64,000 nt of DNA from NCBI GenBank assembly GCA_043228905.1, contig JBHGNT010000010.1:11966001-12030000 (forward strand), read 5' to 3'. The stretch comes from Azolla caroliniana (Eukaryota; Plantae; Polypodiophyta). The notes under the pieces were generated by a model, which was not told where the DNA came from, made no database searches, and saw nothing but the letters and a program-made list of their open reading frames with translations. Each line of letters starts with the position of its first letter. Positions within the stretch are counted from its first letter, which is position 1. The position numbers and the translations under genes are program-made. Positions 1 to 12,800 of this stretch are shown piece by piece.

Positions 1-17
1 GCCAACCAACAGAGTTA

Positions 18-1008
18 GTGCGAATGCCCCATCGACCAGTGCTACCACTAGAGCCATTCAAGAAATGGGGTCTTGATTTCGTCGAACCATTTACTCCAAC
101 CGCAACACGAACAGGTAATAAGTACATCCAAGTGGCCACAGACTATTGTACGGAATGGGTCGAAGCAAAAGCATTACGAGATAATATGGCGGCATCCACA
201 GCAAGATTCTTATATGAGCACATCGGGTGTCGTTTTGGCTGCCCTATAGAGCTAATCAGCGACCTAGGAAGCCATTTCCTCAACATGGTAATTCACAAGC
301 TCACCGACCATTATGTCGTGGTTCACAAGAAAAGCACACCCTATTATCCACAAGCCAATAGACTCGCAGAATCAACGAACAAAACGCTCCAGAACATCGT
401 AAAGAAATTGTCAACGACAACCGCACAGATTGGGACACTAAGCTGCATAATGCCCTATGGGCGTACTGCACCAATTTCAAGACCGGTATCCAATCGACTC
501 CATTCTGCCTACTGTTCAGACTAGATTTCGTAATGCTTGTGGAATTTCAGGTTCCAAGTTTACGAATACAAGTTCGAGAGCGTCTTTCCAAATGACGGTC
601 CGAGCAAATCCGCTTACAACAACTTCTCGAACTCAGTGAAGCCAGGGTCCACAACATGGGAATTTTGGAACACGAACAACGACAATGGAAGGCGTTCATG
701 GATTAGCAGCATGGCACCAACGAGAAATGGTTTAAAGTTGGAAAGGTGTCTTAGTGTTCCAAACACGCATGGAACAGATGCCAGGTAAACTACGATTCAG
801 ATGGACCAGACCTTATTGGATTATAGGCATTGAAAATGGGACATTCGAGTTGGGCACTCTTGTAGGAGAAGTATTACATCAAAAGGTCAACGAGTTTCGG
901 CTGAAGCCGTATTGGGGCCCCACACTGTCGAACCCTTTTCGAGTCAATGCGAAAAATGGGCCCACTTCCGTGGCGACGACCGAGCGAAACGATCACACGC
1001 CACATTAA
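18..1008 (+). pseudogene. Gypsy integrase (rve core and C-terminus), frameshifted
   Basis: ORFs 18-524 and 754-1008 carry integrase core and C-terminal motifs, with frameshifts between them. Confidence 0.85.
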
Positions 1009-1163
1009 ATGCAACTCTATTGGTAAAAATGTAACACTAGTGTACTATAAGGACACTCATAACCGTTAGGTCTGAAATGAAAAGAAAAAAGGAGCAACCA
1101 CAACTATTTAAGAGGTTACATGCAGACACAACTTCCAAGAAGAGAAGTACACGCGTCCACACA

Positions 1164-1954
1164 ATGGCTCGCCGAATCTTGAACCCTAACATTTCAATCT
1201 CACAAGAAGAGGAATCAAGCCAGTTCTCTGTGCATTACAGAAAAGCCTTACAATCTCTTAGCTCCCTTCGCTCTCCTTGCTCACCGCGCTATCACAGAAA
1301 GATGCGACTGTCAACACGCGCGAAATTGACAACCTCAAGAAATGTCTTGAGGACTTACAAGCACGCACGCAGATGATCACTGAGCGCATTCGCATTCTCC
1401 TCCAAACAAAGTGCAAATGCTTCACTACCCAATTGCAAGCGGCCCTAAACAGAGGTTGGGCTAAATTGGCGGCACAGGCGGCCGAGCTCCACATCTATAG
1501 GGCCAATCGGGAGAACCGCAAGAAGGAAGGAAAAGGCTTCTACAAGCTAAGTGAGGAAAGCTTTGCCATGGTCGAAGAGAACCTTATGCAAGACTACCAT
1601 GCCTTGGACGATCGCCACTCCGAGGAGATAACGCAGCTAATAGAGGATTTTAGTGATAGCCAACTTGATACCTCCCTCCAACTCCAAGATATCGAAGCCG
1701 AACAACAGAAAGCAGAGGAGGCAAAAAGAGCGGCAGCCATCATACTCCCGAACAGCGACTCCGGGGAACATAACACCCACGAGCCTACGCAGGAGGACGA
1801 TGAAGTCCCGGAGGTTTCCACGTCACCACAACCACTAGAGCCCACACCAAGTGATACCCACCACAACCCCAAAGTCACAGCCGACATAGCACGGGAGGAA
1901 CCATGGGAGGAACTTCGGGAAGAGCCACTACGGGAGCCTCTGATCGACGACTGA
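1164..1954 (+). pseudogene. Additional ORF downstream of pol (coiled-coil-like, acidic tail), one frameshift
   Basis: ATG at 1164 (MARRILNPNIS...) appears to continue via a frameshift into the 1277-1954 frame. It lies between the integrase stop and the PPT. Confidence 0.5.
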
Positions 1955-2712
1955 CACGAGGAACATGCGTCGAGCAACCATCCCGTAGAGGGAGCCCCAC
2001 AAGCTCGGACGCGGGCAACGGTATCAAAATTAACGGAACCCGACCATCCTTCCAAGCTTGCCCCCACGGAACCAAGTTCATGAATGGAGTCAACGTGACC
2101 GAGTTGAGCAACGCCGCGGCAACTCCCGTCACGACCGACATAAGCGACTGCCCAGAACCCAATATCCGCGATATTTTTTATGATGAATAAAGGGTGGAAG
2201 TGGGTTCGACGTGCTAAGCATTGTCTCACATGCGTGCCATGTGTTGGACGCCTAAGTCGGCCAAGTGGAAAAATGCAGAAGAAAAGGAAGGTGTAGGGAC
2301 ACAAGTATAGAATGAAGCGTTTTGAACGCCTGTAACGGTTCACACTCCAAACGTAACCGACCATGACCCTGTATATAAAGGGCATGGGAAACTTGTAAAA
2401 GCTAGCGAAGTTTTTGGTAATCTCTGAAATATACTAGTGTTGTTCCGAATCGTTGTGTTTTTGTGTTCTCTTTGTTAGCGTATTCTCAGTGCGAGATAAA
2501 TCGTGTTGGCATGTCTGTGTCAAGGTTACGCATTGAGCGAAGGAGGTCGGTTGTAGTGGTCTCCCTAATTCCCTTTCCCCTAGTCTTAGGCCATGCTACA
2601 TATTACGCTCACAGCCATCCATGATAGCCGGTATACACTCTCCGTTTCCTGCACCCCAATCTTCTTGAGCCGTACCTAGAAGGACTAAGGGTAGACCGTG
2701 TTTACCCTAGCA

Positions 2713-3079
2713 TTTAATAGATTGAACCTACAACCTCACATCAACAAGATGGCATGCTCAACCATTTTGATATGAGCATGTATTTATATATAATATTTCA
2801 GTATTATATAGTCTAGCATATAATACATTTCAGAATCAGAATATTCTAGTTGTTAGTATATTCTAGAAATATTGTACGGTATATTCTAGATAGGTATATT
2901 CTAGAGATATTTCTTGAGTATATTCTAGAGATATTTAATGATCTCAGAACTTATATAAATACTTGTAAACTCCTTGGTCCCGTTCAAGGGATTCAACACC
3001 AGTCATTGACACATCAATCTAGTATTCTCATTTCATTCCATCTTGTCTCCTTCTTCATCTCTCTCTGACTAGCATAACA
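2713..3079 (+). mobile_element. 5'-truncated LTR of the TCTAGA-rich (J/K chromovirus-type) family
   Basis: TATTCTAGA arrays, TATA at ~2952, TTCAACACCAGTC motif and CT-rich 3' end shared with LTR 48884-49318. Ends ...CATAACA. Confidence 0.7.
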
Positions 3080-3169
3080 AACGAGGAACGGGTATAAAAA
3101 TTATAAGAACCCCCATACAAGGAATGACTGAACAATACTTATGAAATTTGGAGATCCCAATATTTGGAG

Positions 3170-3480
3170 GAACTCCACTAGCATAAGAATAGTCTATTGC
3201 ACATAATATCCACAATCATTCCCATTGGGTTGTGGAGTTCATTATGTCCGTTCTCCGGTATGATCAAATGGTCTCTAACGGTGCTTCAGATATGGTTACA
3301 ACCATTTCTACCAAACTCTTCTATGCACTTGATGCCGTATTATTCAATGGGTCCATAAATACAACTTGGTTTGTCACCTTTTGTGCATCCATACTAGTTG
3401 TAGTGTTGCGCAACTTCATCTAAAGGACCCAATGTCCAACATGGGTAAGGCTACATGTCCTAGGATGTCACCCACCTTAT
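3170..3480 (-). pseudogene. Ulp1/C48-family cysteine protease catalytic remnant, probably carried by a DNA transposon
   Basis: Minus-strand translation gives GHWVL (3437-3423), FMDPL (3359-3345) and TPQPNGNDCGYYV (~3238-3200), the His/Asp/Gln/Cys motifs in order, interrupted by stops. Confidence 0.7.
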
Positions 3481-3788
3481 TTATTTAAATGGCAGGTTGT
3501 ATCCAAAGTGGATCTACAATCTAATACCGGCTAGAAACTTCTTTTGGTTTCATATATTCCATCCACATGTTGAAGCCATTCATGGCCCAAGTAAATGCCA
3601 TCTCCCCCACTTTGCGGAATGATTGCAATTATGTGTCATTGACGTAGACCAACATATTCAATCTTCTACATTGAAGTTGGAACCTCTTTTTTATACCAAA
3701 AATACAAAATGAACAAACCCTTAACACTTGTCATACGTCATGACTAAAATAAACAAACCCTTCAAACCATGATCGGGATGTACAGAAA

Positions 3789-4662
3789 TGTCGCGGTAAT
3801 CCGCAAGTACGTGTCGAAAGGGGCGGGACCACAGGGGGTCTCGGACGAGGAAGAGATGGATGTCGGGAATCCGACTCTCTCCGGTCCCGGCTGCACCGGT
3901 TGTGGCACAAACCGAAGTGATTCCGAACGCGTATTGGCCGCTACTGAGCACGAGAGAGGGAGAGAGAGACCACACGCGCAACACCGACTCAACACACGCC
4001 TCTTATGTACAAGAAACAAAGGGAAAGAAACGCACCCAACACCAACAGAGACACAATTATGCACAACCTTTTATATATATAATTACAATAGCAACATACA
4101 ACTCCGGCTTCGAGCCGGACCAAGGTAGGTTGAGTTACAACAGTAGTCCGTTGCCAAGCCGCCGATCAGGGAGCTCTCAGGCTCGTCGCACCGAGCGGGG
4201 TCTTGCACAGGAGACAGGGTAGAAGCCTAAACCCCTTTAGACATACAAGCTCCTAACCGAACTAAACCCTAAACAGACACGAAGACTCAACCCCACACGA
4301 CAACGAAGAAGAAGAAGAAGAAGAACAACAACAACAACAACCCTAACAGGAAACAAGCAAGTAAGAAGAAGAAGAACTAACACACCTTCAACCTAAGTGG
4401 CGTACCCTCGTAATTCACAAATGGGCAACCCCTCTACAAGCGACCCTCCCCTCCTTTTATAGAACAAGGAGAGTGATGCGTAACAATGTGGGATAAATCC
4501 CAATTTACATGGGATTCTCTGTCCTAACTTGACTCCTACTCGGCGCCATAAAGGCACCCCCTATTATTCACACGTTTTTACAAGGGTAAGTACACATGAT
4601 GCACTCCGCCAATTCTTCCGATATTTCCCAGTTTCTCACCATGGCCCAGAATCTTCACGACA
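3789..4662 (-). mobile_element. Solo LTR of the Trp-primed Gypsy group, flanked by a 54-bp direct duplication
   Basis: Minus-strand termini TGTCGTGAAG...CCGCGACA. CTATAAAAGGAGG promoter motif and U5 motif shared with LTRs 7589-8528 and 18802-19877. Confidence 0.85.
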
Positions 4663-5940
4663 ACATCATGACTAAAATAAACAAACCCTTCAAACCATGA
4701 TCAAGATGTACAGAAAACCCGGAATACACTTGGCATACTTTGTGAATCTCTAACCACTTATCATGTTCGTTGATCTCATGGCTTTCCCATACACAATCAA
4801 CACAATTCTAACTTCCTCAAGCTCCTCATCTAATAAGATAGAATCTCCTCACATAGGGCTGAGTCCACCTCTTTCCGTTGAACTTGGATTTTTCCCCTTC
4901 TAGGTTAAGTTGGCGTGGAATTTGACTGTGGGTTTTGTCCACTCCCAATTGAGATGCTCCCATCATTTTTGAGTTTTTGCAATTGGTGAGTCTTACAATG
5001 CAATTGCTTGGCATCTTCCTCTTATTCAAGCCATACATGTCGAATGATGTGCTCTTGAGAAACATGATACTTGCATAAGATTCGTATCCTTTTGCAATCT
5101 TTGACAGTATCTTCTCCACCAACTGGTCTTTTATTAAGTTGTATATTGTTGTCTCTTCAAGTGTAAACTTGACAATAAATTCTAACTCCATAACAATTTG
5201 GAGTGGTCTAGGATTGCATTGTATGTCTCAAATGCTTTCTTTTATATATTTCTTAGATATGACTAGCGAGCTCTATTGTAGTTCAATTCTGCATCTAAAT
5301 AACGCTTTATTGACCTTTCCCATTTGTCGTTGCTAAAGTATGAGGCACCATAGTCTTTCCCTTATGACAAAGCCTCATATTTCACTATCTTTAGCCCTCT
5401 TGAAAGCATCTCCCTAATGTCATGTTCCTTCAATAAATGTGCATACTCAAGATTTGATCCCATCGAATCTTGGACTCACTTGACTAGAAATTGGGTCAAC
5501 TCCATTTGGTTTGACAGTGTTGGTAATGAATAATATGCATTAGAATAAACCAATATTTATGTACCCATGGCTGGAATACAAGGATGTAGACAAAATTACC
5601 TTTTGGAGAAGCATCAACATTTGGTGATTCATGTTCTGGTATCAGGTGTACATCCTCATTAGTCTTTACCTTTGCCGCCTCCATGTTGTTTTGAGCCCCC
5701 AATTTTCTTGAATACCCCTTCTTACAAAAACCCTGTAACCATTACTGAAGTTATAACACATGCATTAGAATTATAATCGTATACATTGTTGAAAAATGAA
5801 TCATGTCATACCTCTCTCCATTGGCTCTTCTTTCACCCCAATCAGAATCAATGTCAAGGATTTCTGAGGACCTGGCAACCATCTATACAAGCAAGGCCAA
5901 AATCGCAAAAGTTTGAAAACCAAAAACCCTTGCATGCACA

Positions 5941-6252
5941 TCAATACTAGATTTCAACAATTCCAATGCATGCATCCACAAGAATCTAAACCTTGATACT
6001 AGATTTCAACAATTTCATCCATCCACAACTACTTCAAACAATACCCAATATTTCACCCAACCCTAAACCCTGAACATGAATCAAGAATCATTCATGAATG
6101 GTGAGAATGCATGTCATCTTTGATCCTTACATTAGTAGCACTATGAATGCATGCACAAAATAAACCCAACCCTAAACCTTGAATGTGAATAAGGAATCAT
6201 TCATGAATGGTCAGATACATGACCTTTGATCCTTACATTGCTAGCACTATGA
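5941..6252. repeat. Local tandem duplications (about 50 and 110 bp periods) with AACCCTAAACC motifs
   Basis: ATACTAGATTTCAACAATT twice (~5944, ~5996). AACCCTAAACC...GAATCATTCATGAATGG...TTTGATCCTTACATT..TAGCACTATGA twice (~6059, ~6168). Confidence 0.7.
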
Positions 6253-6425
6253 TAGCTATACATGTATATCACTAAAATGTCATACATCATGCAAGAGAAG
6301 GAACTTCTTGCTTCATATCAATATTTTGTCACTATCATATACACTCTCTAGGTTATAACGACTAGCATCACAACATGACCACTTTTGAGTTTTGATTGTC
6401 ATTTAGTTTTGTTAGAATCATTTAA

Positions 6426-6611
6426 TCTCCGCACCCCAAGGGCTGAAAATAGAGAGTGAATTTGTATTTGATTCACCACTGGTCATTTAGTTTTGTTAGA
6501 TGAGAGAAATGACCAGTGGTGAATCAAATACAAATTCACTCTATATTTTCAGCCCTTGGGGTGCGGAGAGTGAATTTGTATTTGATTCACCACTGGTCAT
6601 TTCTCTCATCT
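6426..6611. repeat. 63-bp inverted repeat plus a third copy (inverted triplication)
   Basis: Arm 6426-6488 is the reverse complement of 6507-6569 with 1 mismatch and an 18-nt loop. 6567-6611 is the reverse complement of ~6498-6542. Confidence 0.9.
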
Positions 6612-7588
6612 TATCTACACAAGAAATGCACTTGACACTTGTTCATTCAACATAGGTATAACACGCAAATTAAAATTATATGTCTAGTAAGTGACCATTG
6701 TCTCATCCTCCTGACATGAGTATGATACTTCTTATACAACCAAATAAATAGTCATCGAAATTCTATAATAAATAAAAAACACTAGGCCAAAAATTATCAA
6801 TGCTTAATCCTATTGTTAGATTGGGAATGAATTTGATACTTCTTGAAAAAGTTATGTGCGGAACTGTAGACACAACTGGCTCAGCCGAATAGCAACAAAG
6901 AGACAGAAATGAAGGTTTATGGAAGCTTGAGAATACATAGTAGGCAGGAGAGACAAAAAGAGGGAGCAAAACATAAACTCTATTTCAAAATACATACATT
7001 GAATGTGCTCAGAGAGCAATTTTATACAAGTCCTTAAATGAGCCATAAATGAGCCCCTACACTAACTACCAAATATATTCCGTCGCGGAATATCTTTCCA
7101 ACGGCCTTTCGGCTCCCACCGATCCGGCCTTGCCGATCGGTCTCCGTCCGATCCGGCTCTCAGCTTCTTTAGCCAATCTGGCCCAAGTTGAGCTTGCTCA
7201 CTCAACACTCCCCTTCAAGTTCAACTTGAGGTTCTCCTTGGGTCAGCATCTGACTCTTTTTAGCATCTCCACACTTTGCTCACGCTCCTCGTCCAATTCG
7301 GTTCTGTGTTCCTCGACCCCTCTGGTTCTTCGCTTTTCGACCCCTCCGGTTCCATACATCTCGACCCTTTTAGTTGGCTTGTCTACTCGTTGCTCCAGGC
7401 AATCATGACGCTTCCAAGTAAAAATGTGAAGCCCAATGTAGACCTGCGATCGCCGACATTTCCGGCCCAATCGACATCCATGTAGTCGACCAACTGTTCG
7501 GCAGTACGGGTCTGATACAACAATCCCTTGTCCTTAGTGCCGCTGACATACCTAAGCATTCATTGCATGCACTGAAGGTGCTCCACGG

Positions 7589-8549
7589 TGTCATGAAGGA
7601 TTTTGGCTACTAGGAGAAAAGGGGCCAGGATGCGCGTGAACGCGGTTGTGCACGAATGCGCACAAACTAGCCTTTATGTACAAACATATGTAAATATTTA
7701 TGTGTGTTGAATCTAGGTAGAGTGATTTAATAAAGTACTTTTCACCCCCCACTCCTCCCCCCCCCCACATACGTACAGAGAGGAATTACAAGAATGATGT
7801 GAGAGAATCGAGGAGAAAATTAGGGACTGAAATCGACTGTCTTTAATATCCTGATGTAACGGTCGCTCCCTCCTTGAGCTATAAAAGGAGGGAGAAACGA
7901 CTAAGGAATGGATCCACGATTTGGAGGACGACGTGTTGCCACACTAAACTCTACAGATTTCCTTTGTTTCCTGGTTTTCTGTAGTGGTGTTGTGAGACCC
8001 CCTGTTTCGCGTTGGTAGCCTATGTGCTCCCGATTGGAGGCTCCCTAGTTTCTGCGTGTGTGAGTGAGGGGAGGTCGAACCTCCGTTGCCAGCCGAATTC
8101 AGTTGTAATTCTCTTAGTATGGATTCATAGACTATTTGTTGTTTCCGGATTCTCTGTCTTCTCAGTCTCTGGCGTGTTCTTATCACAGCTTCTTCCCACT
8201 TGTGTGTGCATACCTGAGTGTGCGAGTTCGTGAGCTCATCATTCATTGTTCAGCATAGCTCCGAAACCGATAATGCATGCCGAGCCTGTGTGCTCACCAT
8301 CTAGCATCTAGAGAGTGGTCCAGATCATATACGTGACCGGACCACACTTCGATGAAGCTACCCGGAAGCCGATCTGGGTAATCTCCTCCCTCTTACCGGC
8401 TCCAGACTATGTTCTGGCAAAGCTACCCAGATGATGATCTGGATAACCTCTCTTCCCTTACTGGCTCCTTGGTCCAAGGCTCCGGTGGACCCACCCCATT
8501 TCCAACACACACACGGAAAACCGCGACATATTTGGTGAACATGACATCA
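7589..8549 (+). mobile_element. 5' LTR (7589-8528) plus PBS of a Trp-primed Gypsy; remainder deleted
   Basis: TGTCATGAAG...CCGCGACA termini, CTATAAAAGGAGG at ~7880, degenerate PBS TGGTGAACATGACATCA at 8533, then an abrupt switch to Copia A sequence. Confidence 0.8.
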
Positions 8550-9789
8550 ACATGGTAGCAAACAAACTAACGACTTCCTCCAATGCTCACGTTCTATGTC
8601 GATCCCCAGACATCCGAATGGATTAAATCGAGTTGATTCCGAATCCCATTTCGCTCGTTGGGGAATGGAAGTCGGTGTTGCTTACCAAGTTGAAAGGCTT
8701 CACAGACTTGGTCATTTCGACCACTGAATTTCGGCAAACTGAAAACGATATTCTTCATCTCCATTTCTCAAAGTCGTGGCAAGTTGACATGGCCGAACCG
8801 CGTATGCCATAGGTCGATGTCTAACTCGACCTTTTGCCCTTTTGCAAACATCGTGGTTCCGACTTCATTCATTTTGAGTATGAACATCCTCCCTTCCCGG
8901 CACCCTTGTGTGATGATTTTGCCCTCTTACTCGATGAAGCATCTGAGGTGTGTGAACCGAACCCGAATCCCCTGGTCGATAATCTGTCTAACCGACACCA
9001 GGTTCTTCGTGATTGACGGGATGTGCAAGACGTTCATTAGCTTCCCTTTTTATCCAACGTGGTTTAAGGGAACTTCACCGACATGTTCAATGGTATGTGG
9101 GGTGTCGTCACCAGTTTCAATAACCCCCGGTTGTTCCAGTGTCTCTAGATACGAGAACCACTCCTCGTGGCTCGTCATATGGTTCGACGCTCTGGAATCA
9201 ACATACCATACCTCGTTCGGTTTCAAGGTGCTTGTCTTCAAATAATTAGCCTTGTGCTTCATCACAAAGGTTGGGCCCGATCCATTTCCGGCTCCTCTTC
9301 ATCCTTCGAAGTAATGTGATCTTTGACGCTTGTCGGTGACACTCCGGCTCAATCCGGATTTGTCCCAATCGAAGCACTTCTTCCAGCACTCGCTCTCTCT
9401 ATGGCCCTTTCAACCATAGTACCAACATTCTGTTTCGGCCTTTGCTTGCCGTGATCTGGCACCGCCTTGACCCACCCTATTTCCGGAGGGTCTAGAATAA
9501 TTGTTGTAGGCATTTCGATTATGACTTCAGTTTTGCTCCTGTTGGCCACCTCCATTGCGTGCCGACCCACCTCATCTACCACGACTATGGGCCATATCTT
9601 CCTCCGTGTACAAAATCTTGTTGTTGGTTTGCATACTCGTCGACGCACTCGCATGGTTCTCCTCTACAAGGAGCATTGACTGTAAGTTAGAAAACGAAGG
9701 CATATTCTTCCTTATGTAGAGCGCCATTCGAAATGCTCTGAACTTCGACACCAAGCCCCCGAGGCAGACCTACACCATCTTGTCCTCCT
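8550..9789 (-). pseudogene. Copia A gag / protease / GAG-pre-integrase fragment
   Basis: EVWYVDSRASNHMTSHEEWF and LQSMLLVEENH motifs; colinear with Copia C ~10670-11900. Confidence 0.85.
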
Positions 9790-9816
9790 TGTCGAAAACT
9801 GGTCTATAATGGTTTT

Positions 9817-12800
9817 TGTTGAGCGGCAAGCTCAACCGGATCCGGATCGGCTGAATAAGCCTGAGCCAGATCGGTGAGCCGGTGAGCAAGTGAGTCGGTG
9901 AGTTGGGGAGCCGGTTAGCCAAATCCAGCTATAACCAAAAGCCTAGTAGCAGCCTAGACTACTAGGTAGTTAATGTCTCGTAGTTAGTGTCAGACGCTCG
10001 TATGAAAATTGAAGTACACCGTACTTGTGTCAGTCCTCTTAGGACTTGTATAAATAGTGTTGTTGAGCGCGTTGTATGCACAAAGAATTTTATAGAGTTG
10101 TTAATAATAGCTTTAAGTTGTTCTACTCTTTCTCTGTCTCTCCTGTGTACCTTCTGTGTGTTAATCTCTCTCTCTCTCTATTGCTATCCGGCTAAGCCGG
10201 TTGTCTAACGCTTCCGCACCTTCGTTTTTTCATGATATCATAGCGCGAGGGTTGAGAACCTCTACAGCTGACATCAGCGTCTGGATACAAACCCTAAGAC
10301 CCGGTAAGAACAAAAAGAGAAGTGATGGATAGAGGAATGGCTAACTCGCTCATGTCGACGGAGCTAACAACACAACACCTGATGTGGCAAACAAGGACTT
10401 CCTAGTGTGGGAACAAGCGGCAAGCAGAGTGATGTACTGCTTTGCGTCCAGTGTCGGAGACCAGCTGTTGAGCCATGTCCGAGATGCCAAGACGCCAAAA
10501 GAATCCTGGGGAAACCTGAAGAAGGTTTTCGCACCAAGCACTACAGCCTAGAAGCTGCAACTCCGACAGGAGTTGAGCAATGTCCAACAGAAGGACATGT
10601 CAGTAGCCGATTACACGGCCCAAATCAAAGAGATCTGTGACTCACTTGCCTCTATCAACGTCACTATAGAGGAAGATGAGATGGTGCAGATCTGTCTTGG
10701 GGGCCTAGCGTCTAAGTTCAAAGCGTTCCGAACGGTGGTATGTACAAGGGAGAATACGTTGTCATTTTTCGACTTACAGTCGATGCTCCTTGTAGAGGAG
10801 AACCACACCAGTACATCAACAAGTGCACCCACTGACAGACGGATGTTGTACACAGATGCAGATCGGCCCCATGGGCGTGGTGGACGAGGCGGGTCGGCTC
10901 GCAATGGTAGCGGCCGGCAAGAGCAAGACCGAAGGCACAAAGAACGTGCCGACAGCAGTTCCGGACCCTCCACAAGCAGGGGGAGTCAAGGCGGCGCCAG
11001 AGGCCGGCAAGCAAAGGCCAACACAGAATGTTGGTATTGTGGTAAAAAGGGCCACAGAGAAAGCGAGTACTGGAAGAAACGCACTGATACGGACAGATCC
11101 GGATCCGGCAAGGCCAGTAGAGAGAACTGGCAATACTCACACTACGCAGAAGGATTGGGAGGATCCAAAACCGGAAAAGCCGGTAAAGGGCCAGCCTTGG
11201 TGATGAAACACAAGGCTAACTCGATGAAGAAGACCACTTCCAAATCGGAGGAAGTGTGGTACGTTGATTCCGGTACATCGAATCACATGATGAGCCACTA
11301 AGAGTGGTTCTTTTTCTTGGAGAAACTGGAACAACCGGGAGTTGTCGAAACCGGAGATGACACTCCTCACCCAATCGTGCATGTCAAAGAAGTCCCTTTG
11401 AGCCACATCGGACAGAGGGGGAAGCTGATGAACATATTACACGTTCCGACTATCACGAAGAACCTGGTGTCAATTGGTCAGATCGTTGACCAGGGGATGT
11501 AGGTGCGGTTTACGCATCTTGGGTGCTTCATCGAGGAAGAGGGCCAAATTATTGCGCAAGGGTGCAGAGATGGGAGGATGTTCATCCTCGACACCAATGA
11601 CGTCGGCACCGCTTTGTTCGCCAAAGGACAGAAGATTGAATTGGATATTGATCTCTGGCACAAGCGGATCGGCCACGTCAATTACGGGAGGCTTGAAGAC
11701 CTGCAAACGAAACAAGTTTTTTTCGGTTTGCCGATGTTCAGCGGTTGGAAGGTCCAAATATGTCAAGCCTGCCAACTCGGGAAGAAACATCGGCTTCCAT
11801 TCCCCACTGAACAAAACCGTAGCCGTAACAAGCTCGACCTTATTCATTCGGATGTATGGGGACCGGCACAGAACGTTAGTCTTGGTGGGAGTTGATACTT
11901 CGTCTCCTTCATTGACGACTACAGCCGGCACACATGGATCTACCTCATTGAGAGGAAGAGCGAAGTCTTCGAGTGTTTCCGGAACCTGCAAAGCCTGGTT
12001 GAATGAGAAACGGAGAGAAAGATCAACTGCCTGCGGTCGGATGGCGGAAAAGAATATTTTTCCGGCCAATTCAACAATTATCTGCAGCAGAACGGAATTC
12101 GGAGAGAATTCAGTTGCAGGTACACACCGGAGCAAAACGGTGTGGCCGAAAGGAAGAACCGGTCGATTGTCGACGCGACAAGGGCAATGTTGGAGGAGAA
12201 GAGCATGCCCCATTTCTACTGGGCTGAGGTGGTCCGGACGACCGTCTATATCCAAAACCAGATCGGTGACAAGGTGTCCGCACATGAGCTGTATGTCGAG
12301 CACAAGCCGAATTTGAGACACCTTCGGATATTCGGTAGCATTGCATATGTGCATGTACCGGATGAGAAGCGGAGGAAGTTGGATGCAAAGTCGGATAAAT
12401 GCATCCTAGTCGGTTACTCGCATGAGCAAAAGGGGTATAAGTGTTATAACCCCCGGACGAAGCAGGTCTGAGTTAGCCAGGATGTTGAGTTTGATGAGAC
12501 AGCATCATGGTATGCCTTACCAACTCCGACTTCCGACCCTGACCCGATATCGGAGGATGAGGCTAGTGAGCCTGAACTGGTCCAGTTAGAAGAGAAGGGT
12601 TCGAGACTCTAGATGTGAGCCCGGAATCGTTTCGGTTGAGCAGGACGAACGAGCGAGTGGGTCAGACAGACCAGTCGGAAAATGAACCAGTGAGTAGTGG
12701 AGACTCTATCGTGTTCCCCCCGCGCAAGGAACTGAGGAGACGGTTGACGCGCAAGGAAAAGGGGAAGAGGAAGATGTCGGAGCACGAGACTGGCAATGGT

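Larger units (their letters stand above)
1..2712 (+). mobile_element. 3' part of a degenerate non-chromovirus Ty3/Gypsy element: integrase, extra ORF, PPT, 3' LTR
   Basis: Integrase motifs PFKKWGLDFV, ATDYCTEWVEAKAL, ELISDLGSHF, STPYYPQAN..AESTNKTL and GPY-like KLRFRWTRPY in broken frames (18-1008). Purine tract AAGGGTGGAAG at ~2189. LTR 2212-2712 (TGCTAAG...CCTAGCA) with TATATAAA at ~2372. Confidence 0.85.

Noticed and set aside
1164-1954. Envelope gene
   Set aside because: No signal peptide or hydrophobic transmembrane stretch is visible.
4225-4350. Telomeric repeat array (also ~6059-6178)
   Set aside because: Only isolated AAACCCTA motifs, not a tandem array.
11470-12354. Long antisense ORFs (also 1594-2385, 15334-15966, 55535-56140, 56366-56983)
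   Set aside because: Shadows of sense-strand retroelement coding sequence with no independent motifs.
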